From the NCBI GenBank assembly GCA_963728915.1, contig CAVSLV010000001.1, positions 1,632,001 through 1,696,000 on the forward strand: a DNA stretch of 64,000 nucleotides. Reading direction: 5' to 3'. This document shows, one piece after another, positions 53,001-61,245 of the stretch (its first letter is position 1; each line of letters opens with the position of its first letter). The notes beneath the pieces were generated by a model. That model worked only from the letters and a program-made list of their open reading frames with translations, was not told the origin of the DNA and did not search any database. The DNA is from an uncultured Gemmatimonadales bacterium (lineage in GTDB: Bacteria > Gemmatimonadota > Gemmatimonadetes > Gemmatimonadales > GWC2-71-9). The translations under genes were made by a program, and so were the position numbers.

Positions 53001-54609
53001 TTGCTGGAACCTCCTGGATGAAACGGCGGGATTCAGCGAGGAGGTCCGGGGTCGACGCGGTCTCGACAACCTTGCGGCGCTTGCGCAGGCGATTGGGGAT
53101 ACCCTGATCTCCTCCTCGATCGAGATCCTGGTGCTGACCGATCGGTTGCAGCAGGTTGACGGAGAACCGGTGATCGCGCCGGAGCGCGCCACGGTCAACG
53201 GGCCCATCATCGTGATCCCGCAGGAGTTCGCCGGAATCAGGTGCCGGTCGGTGGATGTGATTCCTCCATCACCGGATTCGCCCGAAGAAACCGTCCTGAT
53301 CCAGACCATCCTGGAAGAGTTTCAGGCTCCGCGCGAGGAGGTGTTCGTCGCCCATCGAGGCCGCGATCGGTGGGTCAAGACCTTTGTCCCCTACCCTATC
53401 GAACCGGTTTCCTCTCCACCCGCCGCCCTGCGAGACCGGGCGGTCGTTCTGGTTACCGGAGGACTGGGCGGTATTGGCCTGACCTTGGCGGCCCATCTGG
53501 CCAAGTCGGCATCTGCCCGCCTGGTGCTTACCAGCCGAACCGGGCTTCCGCCCCGCTCCGAGTGGGAGAACGTTCTTCAGGAGGACGATGGTCCGAGCGC
53601 TCAGCGGATCCGGGCCGTGAAAGCCCTGGAGGCGGATGGTGCCGAGGTCCTGGTCCTCGCCGCGGATGCCGGGAGTCCTGCCGATATGCGACGGTGCGTC
53701 GAAACAGCGGTGGCCCGATTCGGTGCGCTGCACGGGGTGATCCATGCCGCCGGACTGCCCGGCGGCACCATGATCCAGCTGCGCCGGCCTGAGGTCGCCG
53801 AACAGGTTCTCCGGTCCAAAGTCGCCGGCACGGCCGCCCTGCTCGCGGCATTGCCTGATGGCCCCCTGGATTTTCTTGTCTTCTGCGCCTCGGTAACTGG
53901 CCATCTCGGGGGGATTGGCCAGTGCGACTACACTGCCGGGAATGCATGTCTTGACGCGGTCGCCCGCAGAGAATCCCAGACCGGTCGAGCGACCAGGGTC
54001 GTGTCCATCGGATGGGATGCCTGGCGCGACGTCGGCATGTCGGTAGACACACCGATCGCGCGAGATCAGCTGGCAGGCCGGCTCGAATTCGTCGCCAACG
54101 GGATCGCCCCGGTGGAAGGCGCGGAAGCCTTTGATCGCATTCTGGCGGCGGAGGTTCCCGAAATTGTCGTTTCGACTCGCCTGATGCCCTTTGCCGCACT
54201 GGTGCAGGCCAGGTACGCCTCAACCGATCGGCGACCTCAGGAGCCGCCGGCCCTGCCGGCAGCCAACTCGAGCCCAACCCATCAGCGGCCGGAAGTCGTG
54301 ACGGCATTCGTGCTACCTACGGGAGAAACCGAACGAACCATCGCTCGACTGTGGGAGCAACTGCTTGGCATCGATCAGGTCGGCCTGCATGACGACTTCT
54401 TCGAGTTGGGAGGTCACTCCCTGCTCGCCACCCAGCTCCTGTCCCGCTTGCGCGAAACCTTCGGGGTGACCCTACCGCTCCGCGCGCTGTTCGAGGCAAC
54501 TACCGTGGCGGCGATTGCCGAGCGGGTCGAGCTTCTCAAATGGGGTTCCGGAGCCGACACTCCGGAGACTGGAGCGGATCAGGGGGCCCGCGAAGAAATC
54601 GAGATATGA
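50017..54609 (+). CDS. PKS7: hybrid (post-NRPS) KS-AT-KR-carrier protein with C-terminal docking tail
   Basis: ATG 50017 overlaps the NRPS stop. Hybrid-KS signature NDKDYLPTRVSYKLNLRGPSVLIQTACSTSL; AT GHSIG and HAFH; KR GGLGGIG and DYTAGN; carrier FFELGGHSL; the protein ends REEIEI. Confidence 0.94.
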   Translation: MNRMEPIAIVGMAGRFPKARNLEEYWRNLRDGVECIAWFSPEELRAAGTDPALLNDPNFVPARGQLAEAEMFDAGFFAMNPREAEVTDPQHRLFLEVAWEALENAGYDVDRLRRRTGVFAGTSASTYLLMNLLPNPELLRTVGGYQTMIGNDKDYLPTRVSYKLNLRGPSVLIQTACSTSLVAVQFACQSLQDRQCEVALAGGVSVMFPRTAGYVYQPGMILSPNGQCRPFDADAHGTVAGEGVGVVVLKRLEDALADQDHIRAVIKGAAINNDGALKVGYTAPSVDGQAEVIAQAHRLAGVDPETIQYVEAHGTGTELGDPIEIAALTKAFGADLPARQFCAISAVKSNIGHLDAAAGVAGLIKAVLSLENTTIPPSLHFEKPNPQIDFASSPFYVNAATRPWPRSGHPRRAGVSSFGIGGTNAHVILEEAPAGPAGTEPGRTELLLVSARTPAALEQSRANLAVHLEAHPEQRLADVAFTLQQGRKAFPHRCAVLARDASQAIAGLRGTIPQPLLGPSGPVSERPVAFLFPGQGSQYAGMAGELYRSDAGFRQDIDRCDQEMAGALGASLVDFLVTAPDRMEAVTGLLRQTRIAQPVLFAVEWALARLWVRAGIQAEAMLGHSIGEYVAACLAGVFDLSDALRLVVERGRVMDIPGGAMLSVPQSAEAVRGILPAALDLAAVNAPNLCVVSGPDDEIGAFEVILEARGTPGQRLHTDHAFHSRMMEPAVEAFAAVVSRIRLAPPRVPFLSNVTGTWITAQDATDPAYWVRHLRSTVQFSAGLHHLLEDEERVFLEVGPGHSLTSIARQHTGRDRLVVPSLRHPRESTPDRDTILTALGRLWIAGVAIDWNGVDSSSSRYRVPLPTYPFERQRHCSDPPPVRTSIAEARLSVMKHPNLTEWFSVPAWIRTPRRPIRDRVPEGKWLVLAGADGLGDRLAARLRERNPHVVTVVPGERYAELGPGRFAVEPGNPEAFLALIRHLDTAGAVPNRIVDCWNLLDETAGFSEEVRGRRGLDNLAALAQAIGDTLISSSIEILVLTDRLQQVDGEPVIAPERATVNGPIIVIPQEFAGIRCRSVDVIPPSPDSPEETVLIQTILEEFQAPREEVFVAHRGRDRWVKTFVPYPIEPVSSPPAALRDRAVVLVTGGLGGIGLTLAAHLAKSASARLVLTSRTGLPPRSEWENVLQEDDGPSAQRIRAVKALEADGAEVLVLAADAGSPADMRRCVETAVARFGALHGVIHAAGLPGGTMIQLRRPEVAEQVLRSKVAGTAALLAALPDGPLDFLVFCASVTGHLGGIGQCDYTAGNACLDAVARRESQTGRATRVVSIGWDAWRDVGMSVDTPIARDQLAGRLEFVANGIAPVEGAEAFDRILAAEVPEIVVSTRLMPFAALVQARYASTDRRPQEPPALPAANSSPTHQRPEVVTAFVLPTGETERTIARLWEQLLGIDQVGLHDDFFELGGHSLLATQLLSRLRETFGVTLPLRALFEATTVAAIAERVELLKWGSGADTPETGADQGAREEIEI

Positions 54610-56078
54610 GGACCGGCATAGGTCCGCTACTCGGGGCGGCCTCGCTCACGACCAGCCTGGCGTTTCATCGCTCCGAATCGGGGGTCGTTCTCGGCCGCTG
54701 GTCTCCATTCGTCACCGCGATTCTGGCCGGGTTCGCAGTCGTCACCCTGTGGCTTGGGATTCGCACCTTCCGGAGAGGCGGGGATGGCCGCCATGGGACA
54801 TGGCATTGGGCCCGACCCCGAGTGTGGCTCGAACTCGCGGCGGTGACCTATGGAGCGGGCTATCTGGCAGGGGCAATCGCCGATCCCGGCGACGCGGGCC
54901 ATCTCCTCGACCTGAACATCACAGGCTCCCGCGTGCCCGTGGAGATCCTCTTCGGCTGGCTCGCCGCCGGCTTCCTCCTCGTCGCCGCCCTGACTCTGCT
55001 ACCGCGCCTCCCGGCTACCTGGCGCAATCCCGCCCTGCTGATCACGTCCGTTCTGGTCGCGGTCCTGGCCCTCGAGGGAGTGGCCAGGGGCGTCGCGCTT
55101 TTCAATCCTCAGGTGCAAGGCTTTCCCACCTATCGTGCCAGGCTGTGGGTTCGTCGGTTTTTCCACCTGAACGCGGCCGGCTTCCGGGACCGGGACCACG
55201 CCCGGGTCGCGGCCTCGCGAGTGCATCGTCTTCTGATCGTGGGCGACTCGTTCGGAGCGGGTTATGGCATGGACAATCCCGATGACCGCTTCGGCAACCG
55301 CCTGGGCGACCTGCTCTCCCGGGAGACCGGCTCAGCCTGGGAGGTCATTCATTGCGCAAAGCCGGATACCAATACGCTCCAGCATCTCCAGTTCCTCAAG
55401 GAATGCCTCCGCTTCGATCCCGAGTTGGTCATCCTCCTGTATGTCTTCAATGACATCAACTACCTGATCCCGCAGCGGAGCGCCTCACTGGCGTCCCACT
55501 CGGATACTCCGTTGGAGCGTTTACAACCCATCCGGGTGTTGTTCTTGAACTCGTTCGCGTTTGAGGAACTGTACGTCCGGGCCCGGCCCCTGGCCTACGC
55601 CCGCGAGGGGTTGCCGCGGGAGGTAAACGCCTACCGTGATTCGTCCCTGCTGTCGCGTCACCTCGCCGATGTGGGCCGATTCGTCCAGACCGCCAGGAAT
55701 GCGGGGGCGCGGATCGGGATCGTCCCGTTCAGCATACTTCTGACCGTCTCCGAACCCGATCGGGAACGGTACGGTCTGTTTGTCGCGGCGGCTCGACGCG
55801 CAGGACTGCCGGTCTGGCGCGCCGATTCGGTGTTCTCAGGAATGTCCTTCGAGAGCCTGCGAGTGGCGCCCCTGGACGCCCATCCGAATGCCCGTGCGAA
55901 CAGTCTACTGGCTTCCGCCGTGCTGGGACGAGCCCTCTCGACGCTGGCGGAACCGCAACCGGACCAGGCCCGACGACAACCTTCGTTCGATCAGGATGAG
56001 ACCTTGAGAGCGGCGCCGGCCCGGGCAATGAGCTCTTCCGGCTCGTTCTGCAGTTCCTCGAGAGAATCAGGCACGTAA
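54606..56078 (+). CDS. Membrane-anchored SGNH/GDSL-family hydrolase or acyltransferase
   Basis: ATG 54606 overlaps the PKS7 stop. Several N-terminal hydrophobic segments, then NAAGFRD, LIVGDSFGAGYG, YVFND and DAHPN. The 3' end overlaps the convergent gene by 88 nt, so the true stop is uncertain. Confidence 0.85.
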   Translation: MRTGIGPLLGAASLTTSLAFHRSESGVVLGRWSPFVTAILAGFAVVTLWLGIRTFRRGGDGRHGTWHWARPRVWLELAAVTYGAGYLAGAIADPGDAGHLLDLNITGSRVPVEILFGWLAAGFLLVAALTLLPRLPATWRNPALLITSVLVAVLALEGVARGVALFNPQVQGFPTYRARLWVRRFFHLNAAGFRDRDHARVAASRVHRLLIVGDSFGAGYGMDNPDDRFGNRLGDLLSRETGSAWEVIHCAKPDTNTLQHLQFLKECLRFDPELVILLYVFNDINYLIPQRSASLASHSDTPLERLQPIRVLFLNSFAFEELYVRARPLAYAREGLPREVNAYRDSSLLSRHLADVGRFVQTARNAGARIGIVPFSILLTVSEPDRERYGLFVAAARRAGLPVWRADSVFSGMSFESLRVAPLDAHPNARANSLLASAVLGRALSTLAEPQPDQARRQPSFDQDETLRAAPARAMSSSGSFCSSSRESGT

Positions 56079-56878
56079 TAGCTGGCCCGGACCTGGGCTT
56101 CCCCCTTGCCGTCGGACACCGCCTGCTCCAGTCGTTCGATCATCCGGGCGGCGCCCTCCGCAGAGGTATCCGGAGCAATGATGCCGAATTCAAGCGACGA
56201 GAGCCGGCCCACCGCGTCGGCGGCGCGTCCCGATTGCCGGAAGAACTCGGCGACTCGTCGCGCCAGGTCGTCGACTCTTTCCAGCGCCGCGTCGAGACCG
56301 GGATCTCCGGTGGAGAACACCACGCAGGCCACCGGCTGATTGTGGCGGCGCGCTTCCGCGATGATTTCCCGGGCCCGGCGGTCGAGCCCCTTGCGGGTGT
56401 ACAGCCCGGTGAGCGGATCGAGCAAGGGCTCGGCTCCCCCCACCTCGAGTGCTTTGCGCGCCGCCAGGAACGTGCGAATCTTGAAGAGCAGAATCTCGGG
56501 GTCGATCGGCTGGCCAAAGAAATCCCACGCACCGGCCTCGAACGCTTCCGCCCGCTGAGTCCGCCCCGCCTGACCGGCGGTGGTAATGATGATCGGGGTG
56601 ATGGCCCCGATCCGGGGATTCTTTCTCAGGCGACGACACACCTCGGAACCATCCAGGTCGGGCATTTGCCGGTCCAGGATGATCACATCGGGGAAGACGG
56701 TCTCGGCTTGCTTGATCGCTTGAGCGGCGGTGAAAGCCCGAGCGATCCCATAGCCTTCAGCCGAGAGCAGGCTCTCAAGGGATCGGGCGGACCATTCCTG
56801 ATCGTTGGCGATAAGGACCATCGCAGCCGGGGCAACTCCCTCTTGCGAATCCCCGGTGGAACTGGAAGGCGCGGTCAA
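55991..56878 (-). CDS. Response regulator receiver domain fused to a degenerate GGDEF domain
   Basis: REC motifs VLIANDQEW and IILDRQMPDLDG; linker DPLTGLYTR; RAADAVGRLSSLEF sits where RxxD...GGDEF is expected. AAGGAG lies upstream of TTG 56878. Confidence 0.88.
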   Translation of the reverse strand: MTAPSSSTGDSQEGVAPAAMVLIANDQEWSARSLESLLSAEGYGIARAFTAAQAIKQAETVFPDVIILDRQMPDLDGSEVCRRLRKNPRIGAITPIIITTAGQAGRTQRAEAFEAGAWDFFGQPIDPEILLFKIRTFLAARKALEVGGAEPLLDPLTGLYTRKGLDRRAREIIAEARRHNQPVACVVFSTGDPGLDAALERVDDLARRVAEFFRQSGRAADAVGRLSSLEFGIIAPDTSAEGAARMIERLEQAVSDGKGEAQVRASYYVPDSLEELQNEPEELIARAGAALKVSS

Positions 56879-57326
56879 ACAAGACTCCTTAACGCCACTC
56901 TGTGGCGAAAGTCAAACAGTTTCCCAGATCGCAACGTCGCGAAATCCCGAACCGCACTCTTGGACAAAGTGGCGTAATACGCTGCTGTATCAATACTTAC
57001 GGCGCTGCCAGCATTCCAGACGAGCCCAGTCGATCAAGATCCCGAGAAATAGTCCTTCACAATTTGCCGCAAATGTCCGGCCTAAGCTGGCGTTTCTTGT
57101 GATCTCGTTTGGACTTGCGTCGCAGCCGACGGCTGGTGCGCCTTGGGCGTTGCACCGCAGCAACACTTGTAGTTTTTTCGCCGCTAAAACCCATCATTTT
57201 ACACCGTAAGATACCCTTACAACGGCTCCTAAGATGTTTCAGGACAATGAATTCGCAAATCTGTGACGAACCAATAATCCAAGCACGTTCCCTGCTGAAC
57301 AACCAGCGACGTTCGGTCTCTCTCCG
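56879..57326. promoter_or_regulatory. Divergent intergenic/promoter region between the regulator and the polysaccharide export genes
   Basis: About 450 bp, clearly AT-richer, with only short protein-unlike ORFs; flanked by divergent genes. Confidence 0.55.
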
Positions 57327-57350
57327 TTGGAGGAAACGTTGTCCGTTGGC

Positions 57351-58121
57351 ATGCGCGCGCTCCTGAGCTGTTTCGTCTGCGGTGTTCTCAGCGCCGGTTC
57401 GGCGCGAGCCCAGCAGTCCTCAAATCCGTCCCTGATCAGCTCGAGGGCGCAGATAGAGAGTCGGATTTCCGAAGCCGAGAAAATCCTCAGCTCGAACGGT
57501 TATTCGGCGCGGATGAAACGGATCAAACGGCAGGAAGTCGCCATGCTGCGCCAGCGCCTGGAAGATGGCGATCTCCAGGCAGGCGATGCGATCATTCTGG
57601 CCGTCGAAGGGGAGCAACAGCTGACCGACAGCTTCAAGGTTTCCGCAGCCCGATCGATTACCCTGCCAGGCATCGCGGATATCTCCATGAGAGGCGTGCT
57701 ACGCTCCGAAGTGGAGGAATATCTCACTCGGGAGTTGCGGAAATATCTTCGCAATCCCGTAGTCCACGTCCAGACCACAGTTCGCCTCAGCATTCTCGGT
57801 TCGGTCGGGAAGCCAGGATACTATCAGGTCAATTCCGAGCGGATGATCGGCGATGCGATCATGCTCGCGGGCGGACCGGCAGGCGGAATCGACCCCGCGA
57901 AGACCTATGCGGACCGCGGAGGAGTGGTGATTCTTGACCGGGAGGCGTTCTCCGAGGCCCTTGACCGTGGAAAAACTCTGGACCAGATGAACTTCCGCGC
58001 CGGAGATGAGATCGTGGTTGGTGGGGCTCGAACGGGGGCCAGCCGGAATGTCCTCGGCGCCGCCGTACCGATTCTGGGCGGGCTCTCGACGCTGACCTTC
58101 CTGCTCACCCAGATCTTCTGA
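57351..58121 (+). CDS. Polysaccharide export protein (OPX/Wza-like, Poly_export and SLBB domains)
   Basis: Signal peptide MRALLSCFVCGVLSAGSARA; motifs LQAGDAI, ITLPGIADI, YLRNPVV, ILGSVGKPGYY, DAIMLAGG; C-terminal hydrophobic helix. TTG 57327 is an alternative start. Confidence 0.85.
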   Translation: MRALLSCFVCGVLSAGSARAQQSSNPSLISSRAQIESRISEAEKILSSNGYSARMKRIKRQEVAMLRQRLEDGDLQAGDAIILAVEGEQQLTDSFKVSAARSITLPGIADISMRGVLRSEVEEYLTRELRKYLRNPVVHVQTTVRLSILGSVGKPGYYQVNSERMIGDAIMLAGGPAGGIDPAKTYADRGGVVILDREAFSEALDRGKTLDQMNFRAGDEIVVGGARTGASRNVLGAAVPILGGLSTLTFLLTQIF

Positions 58122-58915
58122 TGGCCTACCCCTCCTCTACTCCGCTGCCGGGCCCTTCGGCATGGATTGACCGGGTGGTCCAACCGCAGGAGGGAACCGC
58201 CCGCAAGCGGCTGGGGCAAGCGCCTCATCTCCAGGTTATCGGTCCTGCCGAGGAGGTGCCGATCGAGTCGGGTGAGCATGCCCTGGCACGGCGCGCCCTC
58301 AACGTCGCGGTGGCACTGATCGGGATCGTGATCAGTTTCCCGCTGTGGGTGGTGATCGCGGTCCTGATCAAACTCACCTCTCGAGGACCGGTGTTCCACG
58401 TCCAGACCCGCGTCGGGGTTTGCACTCGTCGCACCCGTCCGCGACGTCATGACCCGCGCCGGAGAGAGGATATCGGGGGTCGTCCCTTCCGGATCTACAA
58501 GTTCCGGACGATGCACCAGGACGCCGAGCGTCAGACCGGAGCAATCTGGGCGCAACGGAACGATCCCCGAGTCACGGCGGTGGGGCGGTTCCTCAGGAAG
58601 TTCCGCTTCGACGAAATGCCCCAGCTGATCAATGTGCTCAAGGGCGACATGAACGTGGTTGGCCCGCGTCCCGAACGCCCTACCATCTTCTCGGAGCTCA
58701 GGCAGAGCATTCCCAACTATCAGCTGCGCCAGAAGGCCCGTCCGGGGATTACCGGGCTCGCCCAGGTCCGGCTGAACTATGACTCGAAGCTGGAAGACGT
58801 CCAGCGGAAGGTCGAATGCGATCTCGAGTACCTCGAAGGGCAGAGCTTCTGGAAAGACCTCCGGATCATGCTGGCGACCATTCCGGTCGTGCTGCTGCGC
58901 AAAGGAGGGTGGTAG
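58121..58915 (+). CDS. Priming sugar transferase (polyprenyl-phosphate phosphoglycosyl transferase, WcaJ/WbaP C-terminal domain family)
   Basis: Motifs IKLTSRGPVF, YKFRTM, DPRVTAVGRFLRKFRFDEMPQLINVLKGDMNVVGPRPERP, PGITGLAQV. Confidence 0.95.
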   Translation: MAYPSSTPLPGPSAWIDRVVQPQEGTARKRLGQAPHLQVIGPAEEVPIESGEHALARRALNVAVALIGIVISFPLWVVIAVLIKLTSRGPVFHVQTRVGVCTRRTRPRRHDPRRREDIGGRPFRIYKFRTMHQDAERQTGAIWAQRNDPRVTAVGRFLRKFRFDEMPQLINVLKGDMNVVGPRPERPTIFSELRQSIPNYQLRQKARPGITGLAQVRLNYDSKLEDVQRKVECDLEYLEGQSFWKDLRIMLATIPVVLLRKGGW

Positions 58916-58929
58916 ACTCGGCTGGAGAC

Positions 58930-60117
58930 CTAGCTCCGGCGAGTCGGATTCCAGGTAGCATGCCGTTCCCCGCTCAACGCCTTGGTCCAGGCAACCAAAC
59001 CCGCAAACACTGAGCTGGTGAGGAACGCGAGAACGCCGAACAGTCGTGGCAAGGCACCCTTTCCCTGCCGGTAGAACGCCCAGGCCCCGATCAGCGCGAT
59101 TCCAGCACCCGCCGCGAATAGCCACGCAGCCCACCACACTTTGAACCCGAGAATGGCCAAACCCGCGGGCAGAAGCGGCGCCACAAGAAAACACATCCAG
59201 CGGAGCAGTTTGTGGCTGACCAGGGAAAAGCTGAAAAGGGGATCTCGCCAGGGATTCAGTAAGCGACGCTTGAACCACAGGGTTTGGAGCCCGCGGACCA
59301 TGGTGCGCACTTTCCGTCGATACTCTACGCGCAGATCGCGGGCTCGTGGCACCAGGGCGACGGCTTCGGGAACCGAAACGGCACGGTATCCTCGTTCGGC
59401 CGTGACCAGCGCGCTGGCAAAATCCCGGCTCAGGGAGCCGGGCAGAGTCACGTCGAACAATTCTCTCCGCAGGGCGTAGAAACAACCGCTCGCCCCCACG
59501 ATCGACTGGGCCCGGGTCTCGAGCGATCGCAGCCACATTTCGTAGCCCACGTATCCCGACTCCCCCCTGGTCGACTCGGACAACCTGGCCCCCGGTGCAA
59601 CCAGATCGGCCGCATCCACACTCACGTCCCTCCCGGAGGCAAGCCCAACCGAAGGATCGCCGAAAGCGCGAATCAGGGGTTTGAGCGAGCCGGCCGGAAT
59701 CCGGGTCGTTGCATCGGTGTTGACCACGATGGTGCCCTGGAGCAGGGAGACGGCCTTGCTTTCCGCGCTGGTCTTGCCCACCCGCTCGGGAAGCCGAAGG
59801 AGGGTAACCCGCTCGGGCGGAAAGGCGCTGACCACCTGATCGGTCCGATCGGTAGAGCCGTCCGAGACAACGATCACCCGCAGCAGCTCCGCGGGATAGT
59901 CGAGCGCCAGCAGGCTTTCCAGGGTCCGGGCTATGACCGCCTCCTCGTTATAGACGGAAAGGAGCACACTGATCGATGGCCACGGGGAGAGATCCTCCCG
60001 CGCCGCCTTGCGATCCCTGATCCACGCTACCACCCCGATGCAGACGGGATAGCCCACATACGCGTACAGGAACAGCAACACCGGAAGAAGTGCCAGCCCT
60101 GCCCCCAGCACGATCAT
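58930..60117 (-). CDS. Glycosyltransferase family 2
   Basis: Motifs SVLLSVYNEE, VVSDGSTDRT, GKTSA, NTDAT, GASGCFYALRR, EYRRKVR; N- and C-terminal TM segments. Confidence 0.93.
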   Translation of the reverse strand: MIVLGAGLALLPVLLFLYAYVGYPVCIGVVAWIRDRKAAREDLSPWPSISVLLSVYNEEAVIARTLESLLALDYPAELLRVIVVSDGSTDRTDQVVSAFPPERVTLLRLPERVGKTSAESKAVSLLQGTIVVNTDATTRIPAGSLKPLIRAFGDPSVGLASGRDVSVDAADLVAPGARLSESTRGESGYVGYEMWLRSLETRAQSIVGASGCFYALRRELFDVTLPGSLSRDFASALVTAERGYRAVSVPEAVALVPRARDLRVEYRRKVRTMVRGLQTLWFKRRLLNPWRDPLFSFSLVSHKLLRWMCFLVAPLLPAGLAILGFKVWWAAWLFAAGAGIALIGAWAFYRQGKGALPRLFGVLAFLTSSVFAGLVAWTKALSGERHATWNPTRRS

Positions 60118-61220
60118 GATTGATTGACCAGTTCGGTGTACACCGATTCGTAACGATCGAGCCAGGGACCGGAGGTGAAGCGGGTCTCCAACACCCGTCT
60201 GGCATTGACGGCACGTTCGAGAGCAGCTTGCGGGTGCTTTTCAACCTCTCGCAAAGCTCCGGCCAGCTCCCGGGGAGCCTCCGGGTCGAGGAGCAGGGCC
60301 TGGTCCGGTCCGACGACATCAGGGATGCCGCCCACCCTGCTTGTAATGACCGGAACGTCGGCGGCCATCGCCTCGAACAGAATCAGCGGAGTACCCTCGG
60401 TTCGCGAGCTGATGACCAGCACATCGAAAGCCTTGAGCACCAGTCCGGCATTGGGGATGGCGCCGTGCCATCGGACCCGGGTTTCCAGACCGAGATGCCT
60501 GGTCCGTGCCTCCAGGCCAGGAAGCTCGGGCCCTGTGCCGATGAAGCTGGCCCGCCAGGCTGGGGCCGCCGCGAGGGCCTCGAGGAAGAGATCGGGCCCT
60601 TTCTCGCGCGAGACGCGCCCAACCCAGCCGGCGAGCGGCCTTTCGTCGGTAAGACCAAGCGCGCGTCGCGCCTCCTCCCTGGACAGCGGGTTTCCCGCCG
60701 GGGCAAACGCATTGGGAATGACCAGAAGCCTGCGGGTGGGGAGTCCGCGGCCGTAAGCTGTTCGCCAAGGGGTCGGGAAACGGCAACGACCCGATCGAAC
60801 CCTCGAAGAAAGCGACGATCGAGCCATTCGTAGCACCGGTTGCGGAAGCGATCCGCCGACATACCCATGCACGGTCGAAATGACGGGAATTCCTCCGGGT
60901 CGAGCAGCACGAAGCCCCACGATGTCAGCATGGTAGCCATGGCAGTGGAGCACTGTTCCGGGCTCGCGGCTCAGCTCCCTGCTCACCATTTCGATTTGTC
61001 TCAGGTACCCGCGTCGGGGAGCCCGGACCTCGACAAGCTTGACCTCCTCCCGCTCAACGCCCTCCAATCCATGTCCGGCGGCGTCCGGAGGGAGCAGAAC
61101 GGCCACCCGCACCTGATGCCCCCTCCGCGCCATCCCGCCAGCGAGACCGCGTACGACGCCTTCCAGCCCACCAAACGGTGCCGGTGCCGCGAGATGAAGG
61201 ATGTGGAGGGGGGCACCCAC
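60114..61220 (-). CDS. Glycosyltransferase family 4 (likely compensating frameshifts around 60750-60850)
   Basis: Motifs FGGLE, HCHGYH, STVHG, VGRVSREKG, SSRTEGTPLILFEAMA, SRVGGIPDV. The segment YEWLDRRFLRGFDRVVAVS lies in an alternative frame. Confidence 0.92.
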   Translation of the reverse strand: MGAPLHILHLAAPAPFGGLEGVVRGLAGGMARRGHQVRVAVLLPPDAAGHGLEGVEREEVKLVEVRAPRRGYLRQIEMVSRELSREPGTVLHCHGYHADIVGLRAARPGGIPVISTVHGYVGGSLPQPVLRMARSSLSSRVRSGRCRFPTPWRTAYGRGLPTRRLLVIPNAFAPAGNPLSREEARRALGLTDERPLAGWVGRVSREKGPDLFLEALAAAPAWRASFIGTGPELPGLEARTRHLGLETRVRWHGAIPNAGLVLKAFDVLVISSRTEGTPLILFEAMAADVPVITSRVGGIPDVVGPDQALLLDPEAPRELAGALREVEKHPQAALERAVNARRVLETRFTSGPWLDRYESVYTELVNQS

Positions 61221-61245
61221 TGATCAGGTGCTGACGCCGACCGGG

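Noticed and set aside
55991..56078. 88-nt convergent overlap of the SGNH and regulator genes as an antisense control element
   Set aside because: Given the indel rate, a read-through tail caused by an error or a trivially extended C-terminus is just as likely.
57905..59536. 543-aa minus-strand ORF
   Set aside because: It lies antisense to the sugar transferase and out of frame with the GT2; it has no protein-like motifs.
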